A DNA stretch of 52,766 nucleotides from Verrucomicrobiia bacterium (GCA_035489575.1 DATHJY010000006.1:1-52766); one strand, 5' to 3'; shown: positions 7,653 to 17,363, numbered from the stretch's first letter. Numbers and translations are program-made. The notes: generated from the letters alone by a model not told the origin.

Positions 7653-7800
7653 GGCGTGATTTTCCTGACGATGCCCGACGCATTGCCCGAAAGCTCCACC
7701 ATGACAGGCCAACAAAGCCAAAAAGAGCGATTGCCGCGCCTACAAAAGTTACCTGAATTGTGGTGCCTGGAACCAAACCCAGGACAATGAACTCCATCAT
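7639..7800 (-). CDS. Small hypothetical membrane protein (53 aa)
   Basis: ORF 7639..7956 was trimmed to ATGATG at 7795-7800, which is preceded by GAGGAG. It has one hydrophobic helix and a basic tail. Its 3' end overlaps the sbcB end convergently by 14 nt. Confidence 0.4.
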   Translation of the reverse strand: MMEFIVLGLVPGTTIQVTFVGAAIALFGFVGLSWWSFRAMRRASSGKSRPIAQ

Positions 7801-8091
7801 AAAGAATACTCCTCGCAACTTACGCACCAGCCAGCCTGCCACCCGGCACAGCCGGCTGCCCCGCTGGCTTCTTGGCCTCCAGCACATTTTTCCCCTGTGG
7901 TACTCCCTCAACGTACTAAAGTACGTCTCGGTCCGTTCCTCGGGAAGAAAATGCACTGGAGGCTCAAGTGCGTAAGCTGTGCCTACGTTAGTTTTTTAAA
8001 AGTGTGCTCTTTCGGTTCCCCTCAAGGTTGCCCACGTATATGGAGAGTATTTTAAATAAAGTTGTATAAAAAGCAAGTATATTTTATAGAG

Positions 8092-8541
8092 CTAATGCTT
8101 GCGGCGGCCAAAGAGATTGGCCGCAACCCAGTTTTTTACCCGGGCCCATCTGTTGCGATTGCCAAAGAAGCAGAGCAGAGCAAACCCTATGCAAAAAATG
8201 CCGGCCGACACCATCCATATCGCACTGTGGCGGACTAGCAGCAAGACGCCGGCAATCAGTAAAACTACAGTCGCTGTGTCAAAAAACACCCGGCGGGGTG
8301 GCGTAAAGATAACATCGCTAATTTTGTCGGCGTATTCACGCAGCAGGTCAATGTAGCGCTGGGCCCAGTCATGGTTTATTGCCAATAAACTCAGGCCTAT
8401 CAAGAAAAGGGGTATGCCACCCGGACCTGGCAGCCAGCCAGTCAGCAGTGCGGCAAGCATGCATAAAACAGCCAAGGTATCAAAAACAACCAGTTGGGCG
8501 TAGTGCTTTATGCGCGGCATAGAGTCAGTATAACAGGGCAT
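8092..8541 (-). CDS. PGPGW-motif transmembrane protein
   Basis: It contains GWLPGPGGIPLFLIGLSLL, characteristic of the PGPGW membrane protein family, and multiple TM segments. An alternative start lies at 8520. Confidence 0.65.
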   Translation of the reverse strand: MPCYTDSMPRIKHYAQLVVFDTLAVLCMLAALLTGWLPGPGGIPLFLIGLSLLAINHDWAQRYIDLLREYADKISDVIFTPPRRVFFDTATVVLLIAGVLLLVRHSAIWMVSAGIFCIGFALLCFFGNRNRWARVKNWVAANLFGRRKH

Positions 8542-8614
8542 GTTTGGGTTGGGTGCAGCCGCATGCCATTCTCAAAAAGGTTTCGGTAACTGCCCTTAGG
8601 GCAGTTTGACTGAG

Positions 8615-9066
8615 ATACTTTCTTGTGTTGACAAGAAAGTATCCAAAGAAGCAACCGGCGAACTGGAAACAACAATTGAAAAACTGCGTCGAGCTATCCG
8701 GCTCCTGCGGAACTTGCCCTGCCTTATTATTGTCTTCAATGGAAAGCAGGGCTTCAAACAGTCCTCGGACCGCGGCTTACCTCGACGCAGTTTTTCATCG
8801 GTTTCCACTGAGCCGGCATAGGCCTCCATGGATACAAGCCCTAAAGGGCTTGTTTTTTAATAGCCGAAGGCTGCTGCTTGGAACCAGGCTTTAGCCAAAC
8901 TGATTAGACGGCGGTAACCCGGTTGCTCGCGCTCCGAGGACTAGCCTTTAGGCCGACTAAAAGGAGTCCCGCAGGAGCCGGACAGCCGGGTTACCGGCGG
9001 CTAGTCATGTTTGGGTAACCGCCTGTTGTTTCTTTGGTACCTTTCTTGTCAACACAAGAAAGGTAC
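8615..9066. ncRNA. Large structured RNA candidate, copy R2 (complete); homolog of 1-460
   Basis: It is bounded by two 22-nt segments that are exact reverse complements (ctttcttgtgttgacaagaaag inside 8615-8642 and ctttcttgtcaacacaagaaag inside 9037-9066). A 12-bp long-range helix forms between 8697-8708 and 8971-8982. A second helix forms between 8760-8767 and 8935-8942. The conserved blocks are in the same order as in 1-460. No convincing ORF is present. Confidence 0.55.
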
Positions 9067-9196
9067 TCGCAGGAGCTGCTGAAAGCAGCTGCGAAATGGG
9101 TTTAGTTTTGCCTTGTGGTTTTGAGCCGGGAAAAAGATGAGTTACACCGAAGCCGTAACAGGGAGCAGTTGGTCGCTACTGAGCTGGGAGTTATGT

Positions 9197-10012
9197 TTAG
9201 GCAGGTTTGTAGCTGCCGAGGGTTGTTATGGTGCAGCCTTGGGCGCGCAGAACGTCGAAGACGTCGTGTTCCAGCTGTTCGTTTAGCCCGGCCTCGAAAT
9301 CTATATAAAAAGCGTAGTGGCGCTTGTCATTGGCAATGGGATGGCTGTCTAGCTTAGACAGGTTGATACTGGCTTGGGCAAAAGCACCGAGGGCGTCATA
9401 GAGCGCACCGGGTTGATGGTTGGTCTCTAGGATGATGCTGGTTTTGGTAGCTTCCGGCAGATGACTCTTATCTTTGTTTAGTAGGAAAAAGCGCGTGTAG
9501 TTGTGCTCGTCGTCGTTAATTGGCCCTGCCAGAATGGTGCCGCCATGTAATTCTGCGGCGCGTTTGCTGGCAATAGCAGCCCAGGGCTCCCGGGGGTTGG
9601 CCACGACGTATTTGACGCTTGCGGCCGTATCATGGGTTTCTTCTCGGTGCGCTTGTGGCATGGTGGCGTCCAGCCACAGCTCGCACTGCGCAAGGGCCAT
9701 GATTTGGGACATGACTGTTTGAATTTCTGTTAATTCTTTTGGTCCCGCCGCTATAAGGTATTGGTTGACATGCAAATAGGTTTCGCCCTGTACCCAGACC
9801 GAATTGCGCGCTAGCAGGCGATATACCGCGTTGATCGAGCCGTGCAGACTGTTCTCTACGCCAACAATGCCTTTGTCTGCTCTTTCGCTTTCGACTGCCT
9901 CGAATACTTGCTGAAACGTATCGCAGTGCAGCAGTTCTATATCTGTTCCAAGCATTTTCTGCGCTGCTTCGTGATGGAACGAACCAGCAATGCCTTGAAT
10001 AGCGACTTTCAT
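9197..10012 (-). CDS. pheA: Prephenate dehydratase
   Basis: The PDT domain is present (MKVAIQGIAGSFHHEAA...TRFFLL). A C-terminal ACT domain follows (PGALYDALGAFAQASINLSKLDSHPI). Confidence 0.85.
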   Translation of the reverse strand: MKVAIQGIAGSFHHEAAQKMLGTDIELLHCDTFQQVFEAVESERADKGIVGVENSLHGSINAVYRLLARNSVWVQGETYLHVNQYLIAAGPKELTEIQTVMSQIMALAQCELWLDATMPQAHREETHDTAASVKYVVANPREPWAAIASKRAAELHGGTILAGPINDDEHNYTRFFLLNKDKSHLPEATKTSIILETNHQPGALYDALGAFAQASINLSKLDSHPIANDKRHYAFYIDFEAGLNEQLEHDVFDVLRAQGCTITTLGSYKPA

Positions 10013-10109
10013 ACCCTAGAGGATAACACGCCATTACTAAGGGGGCTATTTCATGGTATGGTTTACCTTATCTTCTATAAAGAAGTCGTACCTCGAGAGG
10101 ATGGTGTAC

Positions 10110-10620
10110 ATGTCCACCCAGATGACCGCCTATGCCGATAGTCCGCCCCTGCAGCAATGGGCCACCGCCAACAGGCCCCGTAAGGGGCTGCTTTGGGAGC
10201 CTGGCTACTCGGAGCAGATCATGTTTGTGGCGGACCGGCTGGCCCCGCTCTTCCTGACCTACGAAGAGCTCAAGCTCACCCCCCGTGCGGGTGGTGGGCT
10301 CGCATACATCCAAGTCCGTCGGCCTGCCCGTGTACGGGATTGTGGTCCCCGGGAAGCTTGAGATGCGTCTGCGGTGCAACTTCTACGACTGGGTGATCAG
10401 CGTGAAGTCGGATGTTCCGATCGCCGACAACTTTCACAGCCTCTTTGGGCGTGACAAGCAGCAGTTGGATGTGTACAGCGAGGGCTTCTCGTCTGACTGG
10501 GTGTTCGGGCCATACGCTGCCAACAACCAGCGTTTTAGTCTGGAGCTGCCGGACAAGTACAGCCTGTATACCTTCTGCTACCTGTTGCGGGAGGGGCTGG
10601 GGCTGCGCGTCACAGACTGA
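10110..10620 (+). pseudogene. GC-rich hypothetical cytoplasmic protein gene, split by a frameshift in a C6 tract
   Basis: One reading frame runs from the ATG at 10110 to the stop at 10361 (MSTQMTAYADSPP...ELKLTP). The other frame stays open to 10620 (..VRVVGSHTSKSVGLPVYGIVVPGKLEM...GLRVTD). The switch point coincides with the cccccc run at 10279-10284. Removing one C gives a single ORF of about 170 aa. Confidence 0.6.
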
Positions 10621-10635
10621 CCGCGGTCCGCTTGT

Positions 10636-10682
10636 GCCGGGCGCCATTTTCTTCTTAGAACGTGGCGTCCGGCTTTTCTTTT
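10636..10682 (+). terminator. Rho-independent terminator
   Basis: The stem is gccgggcgcca (10636-10646) with tggcgtccggc (10663-10673), including one G-U pair. It is followed by ttttctttt. Confidence 0.7.
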
Positions 10683-10748
10683 ATGACTTGTAGCGCGAGG
10701 GAGTGGCTAGAAATTTCCTCTGTTTTTTGCTATAATTTTAGGCTGTTT

Positions 10749-13559
10749 ATGAGTGAGAAAATTGTTGTTAAGGGAGCGCGCGAGCATAACCTCAAAAACG
10801 TGAGTGTTGAGTTGCCGCGGAACAAGCTGGTAGTTATTACCGGCCTGTCTGGTAGTGGCAAATCTTCGCTGGCTTTTGACACTATTTACGCCGAAGGGCA
10901 GCGACGGTATGTCGAATCACTCAGTTCCTATGCCCGCCAGTTCTTGGGCCTTATGGAAAAGCCCGACGTAGATCAGATTGACGGTCTATCCCCGGCAATC
11001 TCTATCGACCAAAAATCCACTAGTCGCAACCCGCGCAGTACGGTGGCCACTGTCACTGAAATTTATGACTATTTACGCCTGTTATTTGCCCGTATTGGTG
11101 TGCCACATTGTCCTATTTGTGGCAAGCCAGTCGAACGACAAACTACCCAGGCTATCGTAGACCAAGTTGCGGCTATGCCAGAAAAAGCCCGGTTGATGAT
11201 CCTGGCACCGGTGGTCGAAGACAAAAAGGGAGCGTTCGAACACATCCCCGAACAATACCAGCGGGCCGGTTTTGCGCGTGCCCGCGTTGATGGCGTGGTT
11301 TATTCTCTGGACGAGTTCCCCGAACTAGACAAAAATTATAAGCACTCTATAGAAATTGTGGTGGATCGCCTAGTTAATGACGAAGACAGCCGCGGCCGCC
11401 TAACCCAAAGTGTCGAACAAGCCCTAGATATCACCGACGGCAAGCTGAAAGTAATCAACGCCGACGATAATAGCGGCCGGACCTTTAGCCTCATGTACGC
11501 CTGTATTGACCACCCCGACGTCATGATTCCAGAGCTAGAGCCCCGTACTTTTAGCTTTAATAGCCCGCATGGCGCCTGTCCTATCTGTACGGGCTTGGGT
11601 TCTCGGCTAGAGGTTGACCCAGAGCTGGTGATTCCTAATGGCCGGCTGACTATTGCCGAGGGTGCCATTCGACCCTTCAACCGTATCAACACTGATGCCT
11701 GGTACACCAAAAAGATGCAGGCAGTAGCGGATCGCTATGGCTTTAGCTTGCACATTGCAACGGGTGAGCTGACCAAAGATCAGCTGGATAAAATCCTGTA
11801 CGGAACGGGCAGCGAAAAGTATCGTGTGTCCCTGGGTATTGGCCGCACGTTCGAGACCGCTTATGAAGGAGTTATCCCTAATCTAGAACGCCGCCACAAA
11901 GAAACCGAGAGTGACTTTATGCGCCGTGATATCGAGCGCTTCATGCGTGAGCGCCCCTGCCATGAGTGTCGTGGCAAGCGCCTCAAGCCAGAAGTACTGG
12001 CGGTGACTGTGGGCGACAAATCCATTATGGATATCTGCGAAATGTCCATCGACGAAGCCATCGACTACTTCAATACTGTCAAATTCTCTGCAAAAGAGGC
12101 GCACATTGCCAATCAGGTTATTAAAGAGATCTGTGCGCGGCTGCAGTTCATGCAAGACGTGGGGCTGAACTATCTGAACCTGCTTAGAAGCGCGGTGACG
12201 CTGTCCGGCGGCGAAGCCCAGCGTATTCGTTTGGCTACTCAGATTGGGTCTGGTCTGCAGGGCGTGCTGTACGTACTGGACGAGCCAAGTATTGGCTTGC
12301 ACCAACGCGACAATGCCCGACTGATTAGTACGCTCAAGCATCTGCGCGACCTAGGCAACACGGTATTGGTGGTAGAACACGACGAAGACACTATTCGTAC
12401 GGCAGACTACTTACTAGACATTGGTCCAGGCGCTGGCATCCATGGTGGCGAAATAGTGGCCGAAGGTACGCCAGAAGAAGTGGCCAACAATCCAAAGAGT
12501 GTTACGGGCAAGTATTTGCTGGGCAAAAAAGAGATCCCCGTACCCAAGAAGCGTCGCAAAGGGAACGAGAAATCAATTCTGATCAAGGGCGCCCGCGAGA
12601 ATAACCTCAAAAACGTAACAGTCGAGATTCCTCTGGGCATGATGGTGGTTGTCAGCGGCGTATCTGGCTCTGGCAAATCGAGCCTGATCAACGATATTCT
12701 AGCCAAGGAACTGTCTGCTCGGCTGATGCGGGCCAACGAAGTACCAGGCAGTCATGACGAGATAGAGGGGATCAAGCACCTGGACAAGGCCATCGTGATA
12801 GACCAGTCACCCATTGGCCGGACGCCGCGCTCTAACCCTGCCACCTACACCGGCTTGTTTACGCCCATTCGTGAGCTGTTTGCCAGCACGCCAGAGGCCA
12901 AGATTCGTGGCTATAGCCCTGGACGCTTTAGCTTTAACGTGCGTGGTGGCCGGTGCGAAAACTGCTCTGGTGACGGCATCATCAAAATAGAAATGCACTT
13001 TTTGCCCGATGTGTACGTGCCATGCGAGGTCTGCAAGGGCAAGCGCTATAACCGCGAAGCGTTAGAGATTCATTACAAAGGCAAGACCATCAGCGATGTG
13101 CTAGAAATGACCTGCGAAACTGCGCTGGAATTCTTTGAAAACATCCCGACCATTGCCCGCAAGCTGCAGACTATTGTAGACGTAGGCTTGGGCTACATTG
13201 CCCTGGGCCAACCGGCCACCACGCTGTCTGGCGGCGAAGCTCAACGTGTTAAGCTTGCCACCGAACTGTCTCGCCGGGCCACGGGGCGGACATTATACAT
13301 CCTGGACGAACCAACCACCGGGCTGCACATGGACGACGTGAATAAACTGCTGGGTGTGCTGCACGCCCTGGTAGACACCGGTAACAGTATGGTCATAATC
13401 GAACACAATCTAGACGTTATTAAAAACGCTGACTGGCTGATAGACATGGGGCCAGAGGGCGGTGCCGGGGGCGGGCAAATCATAGCCCGCGGTACACCAG
13501 AGCAAGTGTCGCGAGTCAAAGAGTCCTACACCGGTCAGTACCTCAAGAAAATGCTCTAG
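10749..13559 (+). CDS. uvrA: Excinuclease ABC subunit A
   Basis: The N-terminus [54 protein letters not shown] is canonical. Two ABC modules and zinc-finger cysteines are present. The start was set at the ATG at 10749, downstream of an extended -10 (TGcTATAAT, 10728-10736). Confidence 0.95.
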   Translation: MSEKIVVKGAREHNLKNVSVELPRNKLVVITGLSGSGKSSLAFDTIYAEGQRRYVESLSSYARQFLGLMEKPDVDQIDGLSPAISIDQKSTSRNPRSTVATVTEIYDYLRLLFARIGVPHCPICGKPVERQTTQAIVDQVAAMPEKARLMILAPVVEDKKGAFEHIPEQYQRAGFARARVDGVVYSLDEFPELDKNYKHSIEIVVDRLVNDEDSRGRLTQSVEQALDITDGKLKVINADDNSGRTFSLMYACIDHPDVMIPELEPRTFSFNSPHGACPICTGLGSRLEVDPELVIPNGRLTIAEGAIRPFNRINTDAWYTKKMQAVADRYGFSLHIATGELTKDQLDKILYGTGSEKYRVSLGIGRTFETAYEGVIPNLERRHKETESDFMRRDIERFMRERPCHECRGKRLKPEVLAVTVGDKSIMDICEMSIDEAIDYFNTVKFSAKEAHIANQVIKEICARLQFMQDVGLNYLNLLRSAVTLSGGEAQRIRLATQIGSGLQGVLYVLDEPSIGLHQRDNARLISTLKHLRDLGNTVLVVEHDEDTIRTADYLLDIGPGAGIHGGEIVAEGTPEEVANNPKSVTGKYLLGKKEIPVPKKRRKGNEKSILIKGARENNLKNVTVEIPLGMMVVVSGVSGSGKSSLINDILAKELSARLMRANEVPGSHDEIEGIKHLDKAIVIDQSPIGRTPRSNPATYTGLFTPIRELFASTPEAKIRGYSPGRFSFNVRGGRCENCSGDGIIKIEMHFLPDVYVPCEVCKGKRYNREALEIHYKGKTISDVLEMTCETALEFFENIPTIARKLQTIVDVGLGYIALGQPATTLSGGEAQRVKLATELSRRATGRTLYILDEPTTGLHMDDVNKLLGVLHALVDTGNSMVIIEHNLDVIKNADWLIDMGPEGGAGGGQIIARGTPEQVSRVKESYTGQYLKKML

Positions 13560-13572
13560 AGCTGCTGATAAC

Positions 13573-14289
13573 TTAGTATTCGTTCGCTTTATAATGAAGC
13601 TGTTCTGAGGTGTAGGATTCACCGACTTGTGCCAGCTCAATAAATTTGAGCGTGGGTGCAAAATAATCTGGTTGCTGCACTAGCTCCGCGACAGTCATCC
13701 ACTGGTTATGTCCGCCGCTCCATGCGTCGGATAGTTCACCCGAAATTTCGGCTGCCTGTAGAATGCCGAACAGCTTGTCTTCTAGGAGTGATTCCTCTTC
13801 TTGGCTGTAATCCATACTCCTATGAAAAGCTCGCACGGTAAATGAGGCTGTCAGGCCAGTCTGCTTGCGAAGTTCTCGCCGCGCGGTTTCTGGCAAGTCC
13901 TCACCCCACTGCACAGGGCCGCTCATATGACCCCAGTATCCGTAGTACGGCTGGCGCAATCGTTTTTGAAACAGATATAATGGCTCGCCGGCCTGGCCGG
14001 GCTTGGCCACGATCAAAACAACCGATAGTTTTGGCTGTTTCTGAGTAGCGCGTTTTTGCTCGTTCAGATTATTGGCGAATTCTTTGCCTTGAACTGTCAG
14101 GCTGTAGAGCCCGTTTGGTAGTTTTTGTATGTAACCTATCTGCGCCAGCTTGCGCACATGGAACTTAAAGGTGTCGCTCTCCTGGCCAGTGGGCAGCATT
14201 AACTCAGTGAAGCGCGCAGTCGGGTTGCGGCGCAGCGTGCGAAGGATAGATAGCTGTGTTTTATGTAATTTTTCGGGCATAGTATGCAT
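13573..14289 (-). CDS. Winged-helix DNA-binding domain fused to a NUDIX hydrolase domain
   Basis: The N-terminus is wHTH-like (LSILRTLRRNPTARFTELM...FKFHVRKLAQIGYIQK). A Nudix-fold segment follows (GHMSGPVQWGEDLPETARRELRKQTG). The start is ambiguous among 14289, 14280 and 14319. Confidence 0.6.
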   Translation of the reverse strand: MHTMPEKLHKTQLSILRTLRRNPTARFTELMLPTGQESDTFKFHVRKLAQIGYIQKLPNGLYSLTVQGKEFANNLNEQKRATQKQPKLSVVLIVAKPGQAGEPLYLFQKRLRQPYYGYWGHMSGPVQWGEDLPETARRELRKQTGLTASFTVRAFHRSMDYSQEEESLLEDKLFGILQAAEISGELSDAWSGGHNQWMTVAELVQQPDYFAPTLKFIELAQVGESYTSEQLHYKANEY

Positions 14290-14407
14290 GTTTCTCTTTG
14301 GGCGCCAATTATTACACAATAGAAACGGATTTTCTAGGGGAGTGCTCTACCCTGGAAATGCCAGAGCTTGTTTTTTATTGTTAAGGAGCTAAAGTAAGGA
14401 AAACGAT

Positions 14408-15037
14408 ATGACAGCAGAACTGGCAGAGACAGGCAAAAATTTTATTACACTCGCTCAGGCAAAGCGTTCACGCTCTATTGGGGCGTACCGTGACGAGCTT
14501 GAAGCACACGGACGATTAACGGATGTGGTAGCTGAGTCTGTTGATAAGGCCGTCGCCGTTAGGGCGGGGAATAGACTTCTATGGTATCTGGCGGGACCAC
14601 TGACAGGCATGGATGAGCCAACTAAGAGACGATACGTGGACCTGAGCGAGCTTATCGCCATTCACGATTCGCCTGTCAGTATGTTTGGCTACGCACCGCA
14701 CGCACATGGTACAGACCCGATAAAGCATCCTGACGTGACACCGGCCGAAGTCAGGGACATAGACTACTTATGGTCTACGGTTGTGGCCGATGGGCATTTT
14801 AACTGCCTTCATCCAATGGGACACGGCAACGCTATAGAGGAGGGCTGGGCAGAAGAGGCTGGTATACCCAGTGTCTACTTGGTGCCACAAGACATGCAGC
14901 TATCACGGCTCGTGCTAGGTATGCGCAATGTAGTTGGGACTGTCAGATATGACTCGTTTGAAGCTGATGGCCTTGCCCAAGTCGATACCCTTCTAGAGGG
15001 GATAAGTGCGCAGTACACACAGGCATTTGATCAGTAA
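14408..15037 (+). CDS. Nucleoside 2-deoxyribosyltransferase-like protein
   Basis: The motifs YLAGPLTG and GNAIEEGWAEEAGIPSVYLV resemble the Rossmann-like nucleoside 2-deoxyribosyltransferase superfamily. The assignment is tentative. Confidence 0.4.
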   Translation: MTAELAETGKNFITLAQAKRSRSIGAYRDELEAHGRLTDVVAESVDKAVAVRAGNRLLWYLAGPLTGMDEPTKRRYVDLSELIAIHDSPVSMFGYAPHAHGTDPIKHPDVTPAEVRDIDYLWSTVVADGHFNCLHPMGHGNAIEEGWAEEAGIPSVYLVPQDMQLSRLVLGMRNVVGTVRYDSFEADGLAQVDTLLEGISAQYTQAFDQ

Positions 15038-15214
15038 GCTATAGACAAAAACATTTTTTTATGATCTAATTACTGAAGTTAAAGTTCTGCTTTGACGCCC
15101 TTTGACAGAGCTTACTTATCTCTAGTTGTGAACTAGTTGCAAGGGTGTAACCCTGTGCCGATCAATAGTCGGTAGAGGGTTACACCCGTTCATCAACCAC
15201 AGGAGAGTCTCAGA

Positions 15215-16102
15215 GTGTCTTTTCTCGATCACTTCCTCGAGCCCGTCTACGACGACTCGACACCGCGTCGGCTGAATCCCCTTGGCATCCTCGTTCTGTG
15301 CTCGCTGGTCTTCGCTGTCATCACCGCCCTGGCGTTCGCCTTCGGCGTGCATGATGATCACGAAGCTGCCAGCAATCCCCCCGTCAGCACCACCACGGCT
15401 CCGGCCGTCGACCCCACCACGTCCACCACCGCTCCGACCACCACCTTTACCACCATCGTCACCGACGATGGTGGAGACGCCGAGGTCGACTACTGGCTGA
15501 TGAGGGGTACTGAGCTGCAGTCCATGACGGACGAGGACTGTCTGGCGCAGGACCATTTCGCCTATCTCGGCCTGACCGAGACTGACATGCCCCGTTCCTA
15601 CCCGGACGACTCGTTCTTCCACTTCGACTGTGGCACAGGCTACTGGGGCTGGTATTTCCAAGGCGCCGCCGGTGACACGTGGCAGGCCAGCCGGATCCTT
15701 CTGAGCGATCTGCCGCTGTGCGACGATCTGCCCGCTGGCGAACTGTGTCACGCGATGTTGTCGCTCGACAAGATCGGTGTGCCAACCAACCTGCATCACC
15801 CGTACTTCGAGGATGCCCTCACCCTGAGCGAGATCCACGCCGGTGACACCGTCTGCCTGCGAACCATGAGCCGCACCCCCGGCAAGCCCTCGCTGGGAGA
15901 GACCCTGACCATCGAGAGCGTCGGCACCAGTGCCTACGTTCCCCACGACTCCGACAAGGTCACGGCCTACCCGGCCTACCGCCCGAAGACGGACGACGGC
16001 GAGGACACCCTCTCCTCCTACCGTTCGGCGGAAGACGACGGCCTGGCCCCGTTCTCCAACGGTTTGTGGTCCACCGACTACGTGACGGCAGGCGACTGCT
16101 GA
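15215..16102 (+). CDS. GC-rich hypothetical membrane-anchored or secreted protein
   Basis: The GTG start is preceded by AGGAG. It has an N-terminal TM segment (LGILVLCSLVFAVITALAFAF), a Thr/Pro-rich linker and a Cys- and acid-rich globular region. GC3 is very high. Confidence 0.7.
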   Translation: MSFLDHFLEPVYDDSTPRRLNPLGILVLCSLVFAVITALAFAFGVHDDHEAASNPPVSTTTAPAVDPTTSTTAPTTTFTTIVTDDGGDAEVDYWLMRGTELQSMTDEDCLAQDHFAYLGLTETDMPRSYPDDSFFHFDCGTGYWGWYFQGAAGDTWQASRILLSDLPLCDDLPAGELCHAMLSLDKIGVPTNLHHPYFEDALTLSEIHAGDTVCLRTMSRTPGKPSLGETLTIESVGTSAYVPHDSDKVTAYPAYRPKTDDGEDTLSSYRSAEDDGLAPFSNGLWSTDYVTAGDC

Positions 16103-16167
16103 TCTCCTAACCCCTTCACAACTTCATACGAGAGACTGAACGTTTACCGTTCGATGTAAGCTCTGTC

Positions 16168-16210
16168 TCTCACACAAGCCCATACCGCCAAACTATGGGC
16201 TTGTGTGAGA
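16168..16210 (+). terminator. Strong hairpin downstream of the 15215..16102 gene
   Basis: A 16-bp perfect stem forms between tctcacacaagcccat (16168-16183) and atgggcttgtgtgaga (16195-16210). No U-tract follows, so terminator function is inferred only. Confidence 0.45.
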
Positions 16211-16245
16211 ACTAAGGACAGATCAAAAATGGTATAGTGTTTTTT

Positions 16246-16713
16246 ATGAACAAAAACACTCTTTTTCAATATTGCCCCAAATTTGTATTATTCTCTGAAG
16301 ATAAGACAAAGGTCTTGTTTGCCAAGCGCTTTGGCGAGCAAGATTATGACGGCGTTTATTCGCTTATTGGCGGCAAAACCGAAATCACTGATGAGTCACT
16401 GTTGGCCGGGCTCAAGCGCGAAAAAGAAGAAGAGATTGGCGAGTCTGCCAAGGTTAGAATCTGCTGGAAGATGAGCTGCTACCAAATACTATTCCGCAAA
16501 AAAGATGGCAACAGTATGATTATTCCTCATCACGTGGCGCTGTATGATGGTGGCGAGATTCGGCTCAATCCCGAGGAGTACGCTGACTACAAATGGATAC
16601 CGATTGATGAGTTCCCGGCATTCGAACCCAAGATTGCAAATAATGTTGACGTTCTGCAGGCCGCACAGCGTTTGCTGCCACTTTTGACCGACGACGACTT
16701 TGACGAAGTTTAA
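16246..16713 (+). CDS. NUDIX hydrolase
   Basis: The Nudix box GGKTEITDESLLAGLKREKEEEIG is present. It is a close paralog of 51235..51702. Confidence 0.8.
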   Translation: MNKNTLFQYCPKFVLFSEDKTKVLFAKRFGEQDYDGVYSLIGGKTEITDESLLAGLKREKEEEIGESAKVRICWKMSCYQILFRKKDGNSMIIPHHVALYDGGEIRLNPEEYADYKWIPIDEFPAFEPKIANNVDVLQAAQRLLPLLTDDDFDEV

Positions 16714-17363
16714 TCTGCTTTTTTGTTGAGGGTTATGTCGCGCTTCCATATTTTTATGCGTTTTATGAGAAGTTTGCGATTGTCGGGTTCTTTCAGGATA
16801 TGGAAGGCGGACAGCGCGATGGTTAGTACTAGAATTGCCAAAATAACATCGGTAATATAGTTCTCTAGCCAGGGCATTTTGGTACCCAGCCAGTAACCCA
16901 GCAAGGTTACGCCGCCGCCCCATAGTACGCCACCGATGATATTAAAGAACATGAATCGTTGCCTGGACATTTTGCCGATACCGGCAACCATGGGCGCAAA
17001 AGTGCGCACCACTGGGACAAAGCGGGCCAAGATGATAGTCTTGCCGCCGTGTTTTTCATAAAACTCCTCGGCCCGCTCTAGGTGCTCGGGCTTGAATAAG
17101 ATGCTCTCTTTTTTGTGGAACAAGCGTTTGCCGGTGCGTCTACCAATGCTGTAGCCTACGTTGTCGCCAGCAATGGCCGAAATAATAACCACCATAATCA
17201 GCCACGGTAGCGGCAGCGTGCCTTGGGCTGCTAAAATACCGGCACCAAATAACAACGTGTCGCCCGGCAAAAAGAACCCTATAAGCAGCCCTGATTCGGC
17301 AAAGACGGTAGCGCCGATGGCGATCAGGCCACCACTAAGAATAATCTTATCAATACTTACCAC
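16710..17363 (-). CDS. DedA family membrane protein
   Basis: The DedA/SNARE-associated signature is present (ESGLLIGFFLPGDTLLFGAGILAAQG ... RFVPVVRTFAPMVAGI). Confidence 0.85.
   Translation of the reverse strand: MVSIDKIILSGGLIAIGATVFAESGLLIGFFLPGDTLLFGAGILAAQGTLPLPWLIMVVIISAIAGDNVGYSIGRRTGKRLFHKKESILFKPEHLERAEEFYEKHGGKTIILARFVPVVRTFAPMVAGIGKMSRQRFMFFNIIGGVLWGGGVTLLGYWLGTKMPWLENYITDVILAILVLTIALSAFHILKEPDNRKLLIKRIKIWKRDITLNKKAD

Noticed and set aside
8615-9066. Interpreting the R elements as RNase P RNA, tmRNA, SRP RNA or a cobalamin riboswitch.
   Set aside because: The diagnostic motifs are absent. There is no GAGGAAAGUCC / ACAGAA.CCGGCUUA P4 pair in the right order. There is no tRNA-like 3' end or tag ORF, no GGAA-capped helix 8 with AGCA, and no B12 box. 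A partial resemblance (acagtcctcggaccgcggcttac) is in the wrong topological position.
10662-10748. A 29-codon N-terminal extension of uvrA in the ORF track.
   Set aside because: The extension overlaps the upstream terminator and the TGcTATAAT promoter element. The canonical UvrA N-terminus starts at the ATG at 10749.
15497-15503. Additional CUGAUGA/CUGACGA hammerhead-core matches at 5882-5888, 7665-7671, 15497-15503 and 16388-16394.
   Set aside because: None has a stem II hairpin followed by GAAA, or flanking stems I and III. Most lie inside well-supported coding sequence. They are chance heptamer matches.
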